A DNA stretch of 56,333 nt. Origin: Vicugna vicugna. Taxonomy: Eukaryota. The DNA lies in contig MU058213.1 in NCBI GenBank assembly GCA_013265495.1, positions 7,518,066-7,574,398 on the forward strand, written 5' to 3'. Both the position numbers and the translations under genes were made by a program. Under the pieces are notes generated by a model that did no database searches, was not told the DNA's origin, and was given only the letters and a program-made list of their open reading frames with translations. Positions 1 through 11,495 of this stretch are shown in pieces; position 1 is the stretch's first letter, and every line of letters starts with the position of its first letter.

Positions 1-665
1 TTGCTTCTCCAGGAGAAGGACGAGACAGGGGTATTTTTTTTTGTTTTGTTTCAATCTTCAAGGTCTTTATTTCTTGTAAATGTAGCCATGTTTCACTGGT
101 TTGTCATTACTAGAAGATTTAGCCATGCTTAACTTTCAAAATACTTTTTTGTCACCAGTATGAGTTGTTCTTGCATTGCTCTATTATAATTCTCAGGTAC
201 AGGACAATTTCTTTTATTTTCTAAATTGAAGTATATCAGGGACGGTCACAGTCATCTTCTGAGGCACCGCCCTCTCCTAAGCTCTCAGACCTGTCTCACT
301 GAGTGAGGGCTTCCTCTCTGCCATGTCATGCTGCCTAAAGCCCTGGCCCCTCCTCTTAGGAGAAGGCAGCCAGGTGGTGCTTGCTCGCTCCGCTCCGGGG
401 ATGTGTGCCACAGGCTACCGCCCCGGCAGGAGACCTTCCTGGAGCAGCCCCGGGCTGTGCCGCCAGTGGCTTGATTCCCAAATGCATACAGGCACCCATT
501 AGAAACAGGTATTTTAAAAAAGCTGTACCCGTGATAACAGTGTGCAGACAAGTCCGGGGACCACTGGGCTGGTCAAGGGACCACAGAGTAGATCACCTAC
601 GTGTAAGTTATGTTACCTGTCAGGGAACATACAAGAGGGACATTCCTTTAGAAAGAATTGGGCAG

Positions 666-1027
666 CCACTTACATGTGGAATCTAAAAAAATAATATAAA
701 TGAATCTATATACAAAACAGAAAGAGACTAACAGGCATAGAAAACAAGCTTATGGTTACCGAAGAGGAAAGGGGGTGGGGGAGGGCCACATTAGGAGGAT
801 GAGATTAAGAGATACAAACCTCTATAAACAAAATAGATCAGTGACAAGGATTTACTGCAGAGCACAGGGAACTGCATTCAGTATCTTGTAATAACCTATA
901 ATGGAAAATAATCTGAAAAAAATGACTGCATCACTATGCTGTACCCCTGAAGTTAACACTGTATTGTAAATCATGTACACTTCAACAAAGAAAGAAAAAA
1001 AAATAAGACAATAATAACAGTAACAAA
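666..1027 (+). mobile_element. 5'-truncated L1 3'UTR fragment (cetartiodactyl-type) with A-rich tail and target-site duplication
   Basis: Typical L1 3'UTR motifs (cacttacatgtggaatctaaaa; catagaaaacaagcttatggttacc; gtatcttgtaataacctataatgg; tgctgtacccctgaagttaacac). A-rich tail ~984-1027. Flanks aaagaattgggcag (652-665) and agagaatcgggcag (1028-1041) match 12/14. Confidence 0.9.
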
Positions 1028-1539
1028 AGAGAATCGGGCAGGGGCTTCCTGGGTAACTGCTTCTAATTAGCATCATCGTTCAATTAGTCACTTAGTTTTG
1101 TTTGATGTTTTACGCGAGAAACTATTTTAGAACAAGAAATCCTTCATTCTTACTTTCATTCAAATGGACTCGAAAGAAGCAATTTCCTTCACAGGCCCAT
1201 GCAGAATTAGGGATTATATTACTGACTCCAAAATAGCTTAAAATGAAGAAGTATTTAACAGAACAAAATGAAGGAAGCTGCACACTGCCTCATCCGGGGT
1301 CCGTGGGGCCCAGCTTTCTCACAGAGCTTGTATCCACACAGCTACACACATGAGGGTTCACTGCGTGTTGAGAAAAGTGCCTGAATCTAGCAGGACTGGA
1401 ATGAAGCAGATAAAGGCCCTACACGTTAGGGTCACCCAGTCTATTAAGGGAGGGGATAAGAAAAAATAAAAAGTGCTATGATAAAAGGTGATTTTTATTT
1501 GCCTCTTTCTATGGGTCACGTAATCTTTCAAGTTCCCTA

Positions 1540-1685
1540 TCTCATTTCATCCTCACAACAGCCTTATTAGGTGGGTTCTATTATTATACCCATTTTCCAG
1601 ATGAGGAACCTGAGTCTTAGAAGCCTTAAGTAAGTTCTCAAGGGTCACAAAGTCTGTAAGGAGGAGATTTGGGTCTTGCCAACTC
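1540..1685 (-). mobile_element. MIR SINE remnant
   Basis: Reverse MIR core: atcctcacaacagcc...cccattttccagatgaggaacctgag...caagggtcaca. Confidence 0.85.
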
Positions 1686-2074
1686 AGCAGGCCAAATTTA
1701 TATCCCCATGTTATTCTGCTTAAGAGCACAGAAGGTATGTGGGGGTTCGGGTAGGTGGGGTGCTCGCTGGGCTGGCTGTGCTGGGCTGGAGTAGGGAGAG
1801 CTAAGCACATCCTTTTCTCTCATGACAGCGCTGCTCCACATCAGAGCAAATTCAGCATCCTGGGTGCCTGCAGCTTTCAGAATCGGTGTTAAGGTAGCCC
1901 CTTCCCTTTGAACTTGCCCGTCCACGCAGCCCTGGCAGCCTGACGGTCAGCAATGCCTTTGTGGCTACTCTTTCTTGGTGGGGGAGAAACCATAACCAGC
2001 CTGGAGGCCCTGTGGCGGGGCCCCATGTGGGACCCGAGAGCCATGTATTTCAGGACTCTGCCTGGCCTGCTTAC

Positions 2075-2250
2075 CCGCAGCACAGAGTGCCTGGCCAGCC
2101 CACGGAGTTAGGTGCAGCGGATCTGGAACTCGAAGTCATCTGTTTACCCCCTAACCGCACCGCTGGCTGGCAAGCGCAGGGGAGGCGGCGCACGCCTCGC
2201 CGCGGGTCAGTGAGCCCAGCTCCCCGGCTCCGCACCGTGGCTGCGCGGCC
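2075..2250 (-). other. Candidate first exon of a minus-strand gene (5' boundary uncertain)
   Basis: Lies in the CpG island and ends at donor CGG|GTAAGC (plus gcttac 2069-2074). Weak-context ATG at 2139 gives MTSSSRSAAPNSVGWPGTLCC, phase 2. Confidence 0.5.
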
Positions 2251-2399
2251 AGCCCCAGTTACATAACCACCGGGCTGAGCGCCTCCCCGGAGGGGGAGAT
2301 GCGGCGGGGGAGCAGGAAAGGCATCTATTAGCGTAATGTTAAGAAAACAGACTTTGAAACCTTCCGGAGACTTGAGAGCTTGGAACCGTGGTTTCCCGC

Positions 2400-2509
2400 T
2401 CCGTTTCTTTCCCAGGGAATTCCACCATCTCCGAGTCCCGCGCATGCGAGCCCGGGTGGCTGCGGGTGGGGAGGCTGGCACACCGACCCGGGCGCGCAGC
2501 TCCCACGCG
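2400..2509 (+). other. Candidate first exon of a divergent plus-strand transcript (5' boundary uncertain)
   Basis: Donor GCG|GTGAGT at 2510-2515 at the right edge of the CpG island. Confidence 0.35.
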
Positions 2510-3063
2510 GTGAGTTCACTTAGCCCTAAAGTACGCCCGGCAGTACGGCTGTTTTCAGTAGACTGACCCTGACGCTGAAAACCACGTGGAAATTAATGCA
2601 CCGTTACAGCTAAGGAAGTGAACTTTGTCCTAAGCTGTGCAATCATTCTTTTGCTTCTAAAGTCTTAGCGTGGACCACTTGGAAAGACTGAAAGACATGA
2701 GGATGCATGGTCTTCCAGAAGCTTCTTAGAACTTTTCAATAAGGACAAGAGAGTAAATAAACAAGGACCCACTTGGGCTGGTTGTTTTGGGGGCAGGCCT
2801 GTTTCTTTGGCCCTCAAGAGTTGTAACCATCTATTTTTTTTTTTTTTCATTTGGAAAGGTGTTGATGGGCTAAGCAGTCACTCCATATCACAGAGATCAA
2901 TTCCAGTTTTTTTAGTAGACACCCATCCCTGGCTGTCACCTGCCCTCCAGCTGTGAGACGTGCAGCTCCCCCCCTGCCCTCCCGGCCCCCACATGTGGCC
3001 TCAAAACATTCTTAATGCACAGTACTTGATACGGGGACATGTGGGGAAAAGCTCATCCCTGCT

Positions 3064-3575
3064 AGTAATAAAAAATGCAAATGAAAGCAACTTTGGAAAG
3101 GTAGCATTCTAGCCTTGCTAAATACTACCCTAACGCTGGTCAGGCTGCTGTGGAACTGACAGACCCAAACGCTCTAGGCACCCAGTTAAATCAGCATAAT
3201 TCTCCCTGAAAGACATAAGGCAATGTGTAACAAGAGCCATAAAGATGCACTTACTCTGACTCAGTAATCCTTCTCCTGGGAATGTTTACTAAAGGAATAA
3301 TCTGACAGAAGCAAAAAGCTACCCAAACCGTAGGGCTGTCCCCAGTGATCCAATCTAATCACACATGCACACACAATTCCAGAAGGAGCCTAATGTTCAG
3401 TAATTGGGGATGGCTGACCACATTACGGGACAGGGACAATGGAATATTATGCAACTATTCAACTCCAAAAGGCACGAGGGGAAAATTTAAGATTTAGTAT
3501 CACTAGGATGACAGGATATACTTGAATGTTTTTCTTTATCATATTTTAATATGTAAAAGAAATGACAAGCATTAT
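3064..3575 (+). mobile_element. Old L1 (L1ME-like) ORF2 3' end/3'UTR remnant
   Basis: aaatgcaaatgaaagcaac; ctctgactcagtaatccttctcctgggaat; caatggaatattatgcaactatt. Confidence 0.7.
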
Positions 3576-5559
3576 AGAGAACGCAGTAGGAGGCCCATCG
3601 GACACTTTCCTGTCCAGATCATCTGTACAAAGGGGCTTTTATTAAGGATCTCCCAAACGAAAATAATGAAATACAGAGGGTCACCACGATCAGGCTGGAT
3701 ATGGGGAGAAGGTTAAACACGGCATCCTTGACTCTCTAGTCTAAGTTGGGTCCTTGGACTTTGAGTCTCACCCTTGCAGAGGACCTTGTTCATTTGTTCC
3801 AAATAAGGTGACTCTGAAAGATGCTGAAATGGGGCCACGCTCGCCCCACATCAGCCATGTGACCTCACGTTTACTCAGGTCCCTCCGCAGAGGGAGCCCG
3901 GGAAAACCCTCAATGCCAGGGTTTCGGAACCTTCAGGTGGACAATCTGTCTTTTATCCATCCTGCAATTAAGGAAACTCAGGTCCATGTGGCTGATCATC
4001 TTGAAAAGATGGGCAAAGTAATCTCTATACATGCTAATCAACGGGTCCCACTATTGGTTTAACTCAGTGGTTTCTAGTCAAACCAAGCACACCACCCCTT
4101 TGCCAGACACCAGCAGCTTCCCCTTGCCTGCCAGCACATAGTGTGGGCAGCTCTGTGTTCAACTGGGGAAAAAAGTTTTCATGAAGTTAAATATATTCCA
4201 AGTAAAAAAATCAAGCCTTACTCTAAGATAATATTCTTTCTAGTTTTTGGGTGTTAAAACTCCATCTCTTTGGGGAAAGACGGTGAATACAGACAGGAAG
4301 GTTTTTGGTTATTGTTCCTGCTATTCCTTTGCAATAAACTACAGGAACTTTATATTGGTCCCCAAAGTGCTAGTGAAATCAAACTGCTTCATGGCACACA
4401 TTGACCTTGGACTCCCAAGCAGCAGGGAGATGGAGATTCCAGGCATCCTCACTGGGCCACACCAAACAGTCTGGAGAAAAGTTCTGGTCCTGTTGACTCT
4501 TCAAAATGTGCTGCACAATTGTTACAGAGCTTTGCTTCCATCTCTGCATGTGTCTGGCTGCCTTTCCAGGTTGTGAGCATCTTTGCCCGGGAGCCACTGC
4601 CTTGTGTTCTCGGTGACAAACACAGCATTGGGTATACTGCTGTTAAGCTATACTCTATCCTCTGTAACTGGACAAACAGCTGAAGACCAGCTGTGGAATT
4701 GAGGAGGAAGCTTTCAACATGCGTTCAGAAGACCTGATCAGAACTCTGGTCCTGCCACTTAACAGCACTAGGACTGAGCAGTTACTTGCCTTCTCCGGTT
4801 CCCATGGTGCGGAAACTCTTCCCACACCCTCCACCGGCATCCCAGCTGTGTCACTGTGTACGGATCACGAGAAAGTGCCTGCATGTACGTCCATTTCATT
4901 TCACTCTCTCAGCGGCTGGATGGCCCGACTAGATGTTTCTCACATTTCCACGTCATCCTCGCATCAGCCCTGGCCAGAGGGGATTCCACAGCAAAAGGCC
5001 GGACCCTCCCACCCGCCGGGGGAGGTGGAGGGTCAGAGGCGCCTGTCAGCGAGCTCCAGTGAGAGACAAAATCAAATACAAGCAGCATCCGCTCACACTG
5101 ACTCATGATCATTGTTTGACAAGATAACCTGCACCTGCTTGTACATTCATTACAGAGCTTCTGAAATGATTCTTCTTTGTCTGCGTGAACATAGGGATTT
5201 TTAATGAACAGTTTCAATGTCTGGTTTCACGCACTTGAAACTTAAACATCAGTGAGCATTCTTCTAATGGGCTTGATCCATACCCTCAGTTGGTCTATTG
5301 GAGACTCCAGCAGGGGAATGTGTCTGGGCATGAAACGCGTGTGCTTTCTTCCTGAAGTCAATGATGCAAACAAAGAAGAAAAACTTTTAGCTTCCCCTCT
5401 CCAGTGACAAATATTTTAAACAAATGGAGAAGGGATTTGAATTTTAACTGCTAAGTGAGGCATGAAGGGGCAAAGAAAGAGCCGTAACTGCCGTGTATTA
5501 TTCTGAACAAATTCATTCACAAATTATGTCGCATTTGATACAAAGCAACATCAGATGTC

Positions 5560-6005
5560 CATCCTGTCGTGGCATAGAAAGCTTCCATGAGACCCCTCAG
5601 CCACCTCTCCAGCTGCATCTCATGCTGCTTTCTTGTATTCCTGGGCTCTAGCCTCAGAAGCCTTTATCCTGTCCCAGAAACACACATTCTTCATCTCACC
5701 GCAGGGCCTTTGCACATGACACTCCCTTTGCCTAGTTCAGTCCTATTGTTTCCGATCACCCCTTCCTCAGGGAAGTGTTCCTCCCCTTCAGGATAGGACA
5801 AGTCCCCTATTATACAAGTATCCTTTGTTGGGCTTGTTACTGTTGTTATTTTACATTTATTTGGTTACAACTGGATGAACTCCGTCTGGCCCAGGAGACT
5901 GATTATAAGCTCTGCAGAGCAGGGACTGTGCCCGTGTCCCCTCCTTGTCTTACCTGCATGGCAAGTGCCCAGTAACTACTGAGGTACTAAATGAATGGAA
6001 TAAAT
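5560..6005 (+). mobile_element. L2 LINE 3' remnant
   Basis: cagggcctttgcacatg; ttataagctctgcagagcagggactgtg; ends aaatgaatggaataaat. Confidence 0.8.
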
Positions 6006-7819
6006 GGAATCCCTGACAACATCGCCAAAGTCCTTTTTTAATGACTGGCCTTTGCAAAGCACCCTGTGGAACAACTTAACAGTTCTAGGGGCGGGGTTTC
6101 AGCAGCTGGAGAGATCATCTTCACACACAAACAACCTCCCTGCAGTGGAGGCTTGGGCTGTACGTGGCATCAGTGAATCCAGGTGTGTTCCAGATGGTTC
6201 ACACCGCTTGGACCAAGCACAAAGCCTCGATTCCCCACGTGTCAAACGGTGACAAGATCAGCGTGCCCTTCAGTGAATGGCCAGAGGATAAAGCCAGGAA
6301 ACAGGAACAAGAATGCCCTGAAAAGGTAGATATTAATAGTACTTTTTACCTACAAGTTACCACCTCCTCGGCCACCTCTATAAAGAGTCCTGGGCCTTAC
6401 TAGGAAAATATGATGGAAGCAAGTCTCTTGGGTGAGACGCCTCCTGTGCAGCAGGAGGCGTGGGCCAAGCCGGGGGCACAAGCCAGTGGCAGACGGACAG
6501 ACAGAGGGGGGGATACGGTAGGGAGCTGGGGAAGGCCACCCTCCCAGCACCAGGGCCACCGGGGGGACGGCGGCCAGATGAAAGCCCTGAAGGGGGACGC
6601 CAAGGAGCTTCGTGGGGGCGGGGGACCAGAGCAAACGAACAAGGGGGCAGATTCTTCTCAAAAGCAAGCCGCCCACCTGCCCTGAGCGCCTTGTTTCCCT
6701 AATGGCTCCTGGGCCCTAGTTCACCTGGGTTTGGCAAACAAACAGGAAGCCTGCTCCTTAGCCGAGGCTCACCAGACTGGCTCCAGCCCTGACTCAGGGA
6801 CCGCTCCCTCTGGGGGCCTGAGGGGTGATAACCATTTAGCAACCGCAGGGGCAGAGGTACGGAGCGTCCTGAGTGATCACAGAGAGAATCGTGGCCTTTT
6901 CGGAGGATAAAGCGACCCGGGGACCACTTGGTGGGGTGGGAGCGGGGCTTCATCTGGGTTTTCCGCAGATTTGCAAGACTCCCAGTCTCCAGCTCTCCGA
7001 AGGCACCATCGGCCCGTTTGACAAGGAGGAGCAGAGGTAAGCGAGTCTACGGCAAGTCACTGAAGGCGGGAAAGGCAGGCGTAGGTTCATCACAGGAGGC
7101 CTCCCCGGACGAGAGCGAGACGCGCTGGGTAAGCACATGGGCCGATCACACGGAAGGGGAAGGCCCACGCGTCATTCCTCCAGCAGCCGCTTCAACACTT
7201 GGGAGCGCAGGGTCCCTGGCCCAGCTGAGAGACAGATGGGGCAGTTAGGGGATTCAGCACCGCGGGAGTCCCTTTCTTACTTGTTTGGAAAGGTTATACT
7301 CTCTTCACATGGTAACAGGAATCATAAAGGAGCCACTAAACGTGGCAGTTCCGCACAACATGGCGCTCCAACCGTGGTCAGTACTGAGGGTGGATGGCCA
7401 CGGCTGGTCGTCCTTTCTGGGTGTCCCTTTGCAAGGGGTGGAGTGGGGAGAGCTAGGTTCGTGGGTTACAGTCAGTTCGTCTAACAGAGAGACCATTCAT
7501 CTAACCAAGGGGTACATACAGTTGTTTTTACTGATTCCCCAGTCCTGGACGGAGGACTTATAAAGGCCAGCCCTGTGCTCAGCACTAGGAATGCAAAGCT
7601 GATTAATACAGCACGACTGCTCTCCAGGAGCTAGATCCTCATCGGTTAGAAGGGCACATACACCACAATTTTCGCCTGCCCCTTGGCACGCCCACTGGTT
7701 ATAGGCAAGGGGCTACGGGAACCCGGAGGAAGGAGAAACTCTGAGAGAGCCTAGGAACCCGTCCTGAAACAAGGCATTGGCAAAAGACTAGGAATTTACC
7801 AGGCATCAGGAAGACCATC

Positions 7820-8350
7820 CTTCAGTCATTCATTCATAGACATTCAAGTGTGCTGGCACCCCACCAGGTGCTGGGGGACAAAACAGCCCCGTCCCTGCCC
7901 TCTTGGAGTTCATGGTCTAGTGGAGGTGGGTAAGCACATGGAGAATGAACCATAAATTTGGAAAGTCCTACAAAGGGAAAGTACAAGGTGTCTCAGGATA
8001 GTCCATCTGGGGCGCTGACCTCGTCTGGGAGGCGGGAGATGCTCTGGCGAGGCTGTGATGTTGAGCTGAGATAGGAAGGATGCCCAGCAGCGTATGAGGC
8101 CGAGGGGCTGGAAGCACTGGCGGGAAGAGAGATCGGGCAGAGGGAGCCTCACCCGCACTCATTCAACCTGCTGACGTTTATGAAGTCCCCATGCATGTCG
8201 GCACACTGCTGAGCACTGTGGTCCCCAAGACAAGCAAGGCATCTCTGACCTCAAAGGGCGTGCAGTTTAGTGGGAGAGGCAGATGACTGTAGCAGGACGT
8301 GGGTGGGGGAAGCATTTCCCCATGGGAGGGAACAGCATGTGCAAAGACAG
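7820..8350 (-). mobile_element. L2 3' remnants (at least two fragments)
   Basis: Reverse L2 tail cattcattcat...gtccctgccctcttggagttcatggtctagtgg; second fragment attcaacc...ctgacctcaaagggcgtgcagtttagtgggag. Confidence 0.7.
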
Positions 8351-8439
8351 GAGAGCAGAGCTCATGACCTCTTAGACCGGGGCTGGGGGTTCCTGGCTCC
8401 CCTGCGTGACTGCTGTGTGGGGCGCTGTCTGGTGCTTAC

Positions 8440-8600
8440 CTTGCCCTTCCTTGCTTAAGAACGAAACTCCTTTCTCCACCAGTGGCAGGGATGTTGCACC
8501 GAGAAGACGCCACCTCAGCAAATGCTGATGAGCGCATTTTGCAAGGAGCTGGAAGTGAACGGCCTGGCTGGGCCTGTGCCTCCCTCCCCTCCTCCCCCGG
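8440..8600 (-). other. Candidate alternative first exon, minus strand (5' boundary uncertain)
   Basis: Strong donor AAG|GTAAGC (plus gcttac 8434-8439). ATG at 8537 with A at -3 gives MRSSAFAEVASSRCNIPATGGERSFVLKQGRA, phase 2. GC-rich, repeat-free sequence upstream. Confidence 0.35.
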
Positions 8601-9280
8601 CAGGATCCACACAGTCATCAGCACCGTGGGGCTGATTGCTTAAAGAGGGCACCCTCCCCGCCAGCCTCAGCCCAGGTGCCCGGCCACACCCACGGCCCAT
8701 CCTAACCTGCCGTCTGAGGGTCGAGGCCCCCTTCCAGGAGCAAGCCCCCATCCCGCTTAATAACATTTTCCCTCTGCCTGTCTAATTAACTCCGTCACTG
8801 TATCTGCAGTCAGATAAAATGCTCATTTCACACCACATTAATTTTTATCAGCTGAACATTAAGCAACACAAAGCTATCTATGCTTGGTTTAATTTACATA
8901 CTGACAGACCTACAAAGCGTTACCCACAGTGGCTGCGGAGCAAATAAGCAGAACTGGCATCAAACAAGGCTCTTCAGAATGAAATATTGATTTGCAAGGC
9001 CGACAGTGAAGAAGGGTCGCAGGGAAGTGGGAGAAGTGAGGGGTAAAAGGGCTATTTTCCCTTGAAGAGCAATGATTGACGTCGTCAACCGAGAAGTCTC
9101 CTAAAGGTCAAGCAGAGGGGTCAGCTGGGCTCCAGGATCCAGAGGGCCAGGTGAGCTCTGGGGACGGAGCTCCGCCATCCATCAGCGGCCTGGAAATGGG
9201 GAAGCTCTTCACCATCCTGCTACTAGAGGCTTCCCCAATCTAAAGGAAATGCCTTCAAAAACATAAGTGCTTTAATCTTT

Positions 9281-9308
9281 TTCTCTCTCTCCCTCCCCTC
9301 CTCTCCCA

Positions 9309-9341
<33 letters not shown>

Positions 9342-9356
9342 CACACACACACACAC
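9281..9356. repeat. Compound (CT)n(CA)n microsatellite
   Basis: Direct reading. Confidence 0.95.
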
Positions 9357-9399
9357 TATGATAACTTCACCTTTGTAACCCCGTTCAAGCTGTTTCTAA

Positions 9400-9592
9400 G
9401 AAGTATGTTCCTTCCCCTACTTCATGTTCAAGCTCATGCACCACCTCCTCCAGGAAGTCTTCCCTGATCACCTCCCTTCCGCACAAGTATGTTCCCAAAA
9501 TGCCCAGAAGAAGGTCCACATTGCACCTACCACAGTGTATTTTAACAATCCACGTCTATGTCTCTTTCTCTCACTGGCTGTAAGCTCTTTGT
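9400..9592 (+). mobile_element. L2 remnant
   Basis: cacctcctccaggaagtcttccctgatcac; ctcactggctgtaagctctttg. Confidence 0.7.
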
Positions 9593-9815
9593 AGGGGCAG
9601 ATCTAGGTTTGCGGCGGTGGCTGAAGCTTATTTAAGTTGGAGGGGTTGGGGGTACTTTCCTTAAGAAAAAAGAATGACAACTATCTAACTTCTGCAAATA
9701 CTCCGAAACATGTACGCCTGAGAACACAGGACGAGGACCCCTCCCAGGGCCTTGGAAGAGGCAGGGCCAGTGAGGGATTCTCAAGTTTAATCAGCTTTGA
9801 TGTGAGTCTCCTTCT
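9593..9815. mobile_element. Non-autonomous hAT (Tip100/Zaphod-related) DNA transposon; subfamily uncertain
   Basis: aggggcagatctaggttt...ctgaagcttat...ttaagaaaaaagaat...cccctcccagggccttggaag resembles recalled consensus. Confidence 0.55.
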
Positions 9816-10285
9816 TGAGCATAGTTCTTTGCTCACAACAAGCGTCTGATAAATGGAGGCAGCATGAATCGAACGACTGAAGGGGAAGTGAAGACTTCCG
9901 AGTACACGGTCTACGATAGGCTCAGCCGAAGAACCTTGGCGAGGGTGTCTCCTCTGGCATCACGGCAGCCCAGAGGACACAGCCGATGTGGGCTGGAGCC
10001 AGAACTGATTTCCAAGAGGCATATTTCTCCACCTGAGAACCAACGCCCGAAGGCAAGTGAAGAGACGCCCCCAGGTGAAGACATGTGGCTCGTACAGCGC
10101 AGCCTTCAGGCCTGCAGTCTCTCTGGGCAGCCATCATTTCTCCCAGAACCCTGGTTCTCCCACGTTCGTGCGTACCTAAGTCACCTAAATCACTTGCCAC
10201 ACGGCAGATTCCCTGATCTGAACACCGGAGATTCTAATTTCTGATACCTGGAGTGCCCACCTATGACCTTTCTCCATCCACCCTC

Positions 10286-10530
10286 CAGCTTTATTGAGAT
10301 ATAACTGACCTGTAACATGGTAGAAGTTTAAGCCGTACAACATGATAATTTGAGACACAGACCTACCACGACATTTTTACTACAATAAGGTTAGTTAACG
10401 CATCTTTCACCTCACATAATTACCATTTTGTTGCTGTTGCTGTCATGATGAGAACATGGAAGCTCTACTCTCATAGCAATGTTCAGGGATGTAATACAGT
10501 ATGGTTAACTATAGTCACGTGCCAAGATGC
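10286..10530 (-). mobile_element. L1 (L1MA9/10-like) 3' end
   Basis: cagctttattgagatataactgac; cacctcacataattaccatttt; ctctactctcatagcaat; ttaactatagtcac. Confidence 0.85.
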
Positions 10531-11334
10531 ACAGAACTGCAGAAATCTTGCTGCAGGTTTTCTAAGACCACACTTTGAGAAACCTTGACGAAACACAAAT
10601 GTCAGTATTGTAAGGAGTAGGTTGGGGGAACCGGGTGGGAGCTGGCTGGGAGCCTTGGCAGAGAACTGTATTTCCCTCAGGAAGCTGGACTTGGACTTGA
10701 ACATGATGTGGCATGATGGTCTGAGGAAGACCCAGGACTGGCAGAGGGTGTGGAAACCGTGTCTAGAACCTGGAGAGTGGAGAAGGCTGTAGATTTACTT
10801 TGAAATATCTCCATAAACCCCAGTTTGAGAACAACTCTTGGCCTCCTGTGACTTTCAACTAGCAGACGCTTTGCACCAAGTTCCCCCAAAGGAGAGGAGC
10901 AGAATCCCTTCTCCGACCACAGGGGCCAACACAGGTTGAGTTTTCGGCTTTGCGACACTAAGAATTGTAATAGACAGCCCTGGCTGTGTAACACACGACA
11001 CTCCTGCCGTGGCTGCATGTGGCTCCCTGCAAAGAAAATTCTGGGCTGGCTTCAGTTTCACAATCACAATGTTGGGGCTTGTAGGAGTCAGGGGTTCTAG
11101 CATTACACAGGTAATCTGCTTCCAACACCAGCACGACACTCTCTTCTCAGAGATATTGAACCCAGAGGTCCTTCCTTTGGACCAGAAAGCTTACAAAAGC
11201 CAGGATTGGCATTTGTTTATTTGGTAGCGTTCAGTGGGAAGAGAATTCAGTAGAAGCTTTTTAAGAAAAGTCTCCCTCATTTAGACTCCAATGTGCATAA
11301 TACCAACTGTGGATTGAGCCCAGGCCCAAGTCAT

Positions 11335-11495
11335 GGGCTCTGGGTCCCAGGCCTAGTTCGGCCAATATTAAGCTGCATGAACTTGGACAAGTCACTTAAC
11401 CTCCCTGAGTCTGTTTCCTCATCTGTAACATGGAGTTAATAATACTAGTTTTGCATCATGGAACTGTGATACTATGCCAAAGTGTTTTAAAAAAT
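11335..11495 (+). mobile_element. MIR
   Basis: ttggacaagtcacttaacctccctgagtctgtttcctcatctgtaacatgg. Confidence 0.85.

Larger units (their letters stand above)
2050..2590. promoter_or_regulatory. CpG island / probable promoter, possibly bidirectional
   Basis: Most CpG-dense, GC-rich stretch of the window. NRF1-like GCGCATGCGA 2440-2449, D-box GTTACATAAC 2258-2267, FOX TGTTTAC 2141-2147, kB-like GGGAATTCC 2415-2423, E-box CACGTG 2583-2588. Outward-facing splice donors on both strands. Confidence 0.8.

Noticed and set aside
13..30. 18-nt microexon-like stretch (EKDETG)
   Set aside because: Weak donor gtattt, and the upstream context is cut by the window edge
6969..7036. Plus-strand exon-like segment (ttccgcag|...GAG|gtaagc)
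   Set aside because: Donor falls in MIR-core-like sequence and no translation is recognisable
7253..7272. RE1/REST-like TTCAGCACCGCGG
   Set aside because: Right half-site (GGACAG/GGAGAG) not matched at the correct spacing
9864..10244. 126-aa ATG ORF
   Set aside because: No recognisable family and no promoter or poly(A)/TSD hallmarks of a retrocopy
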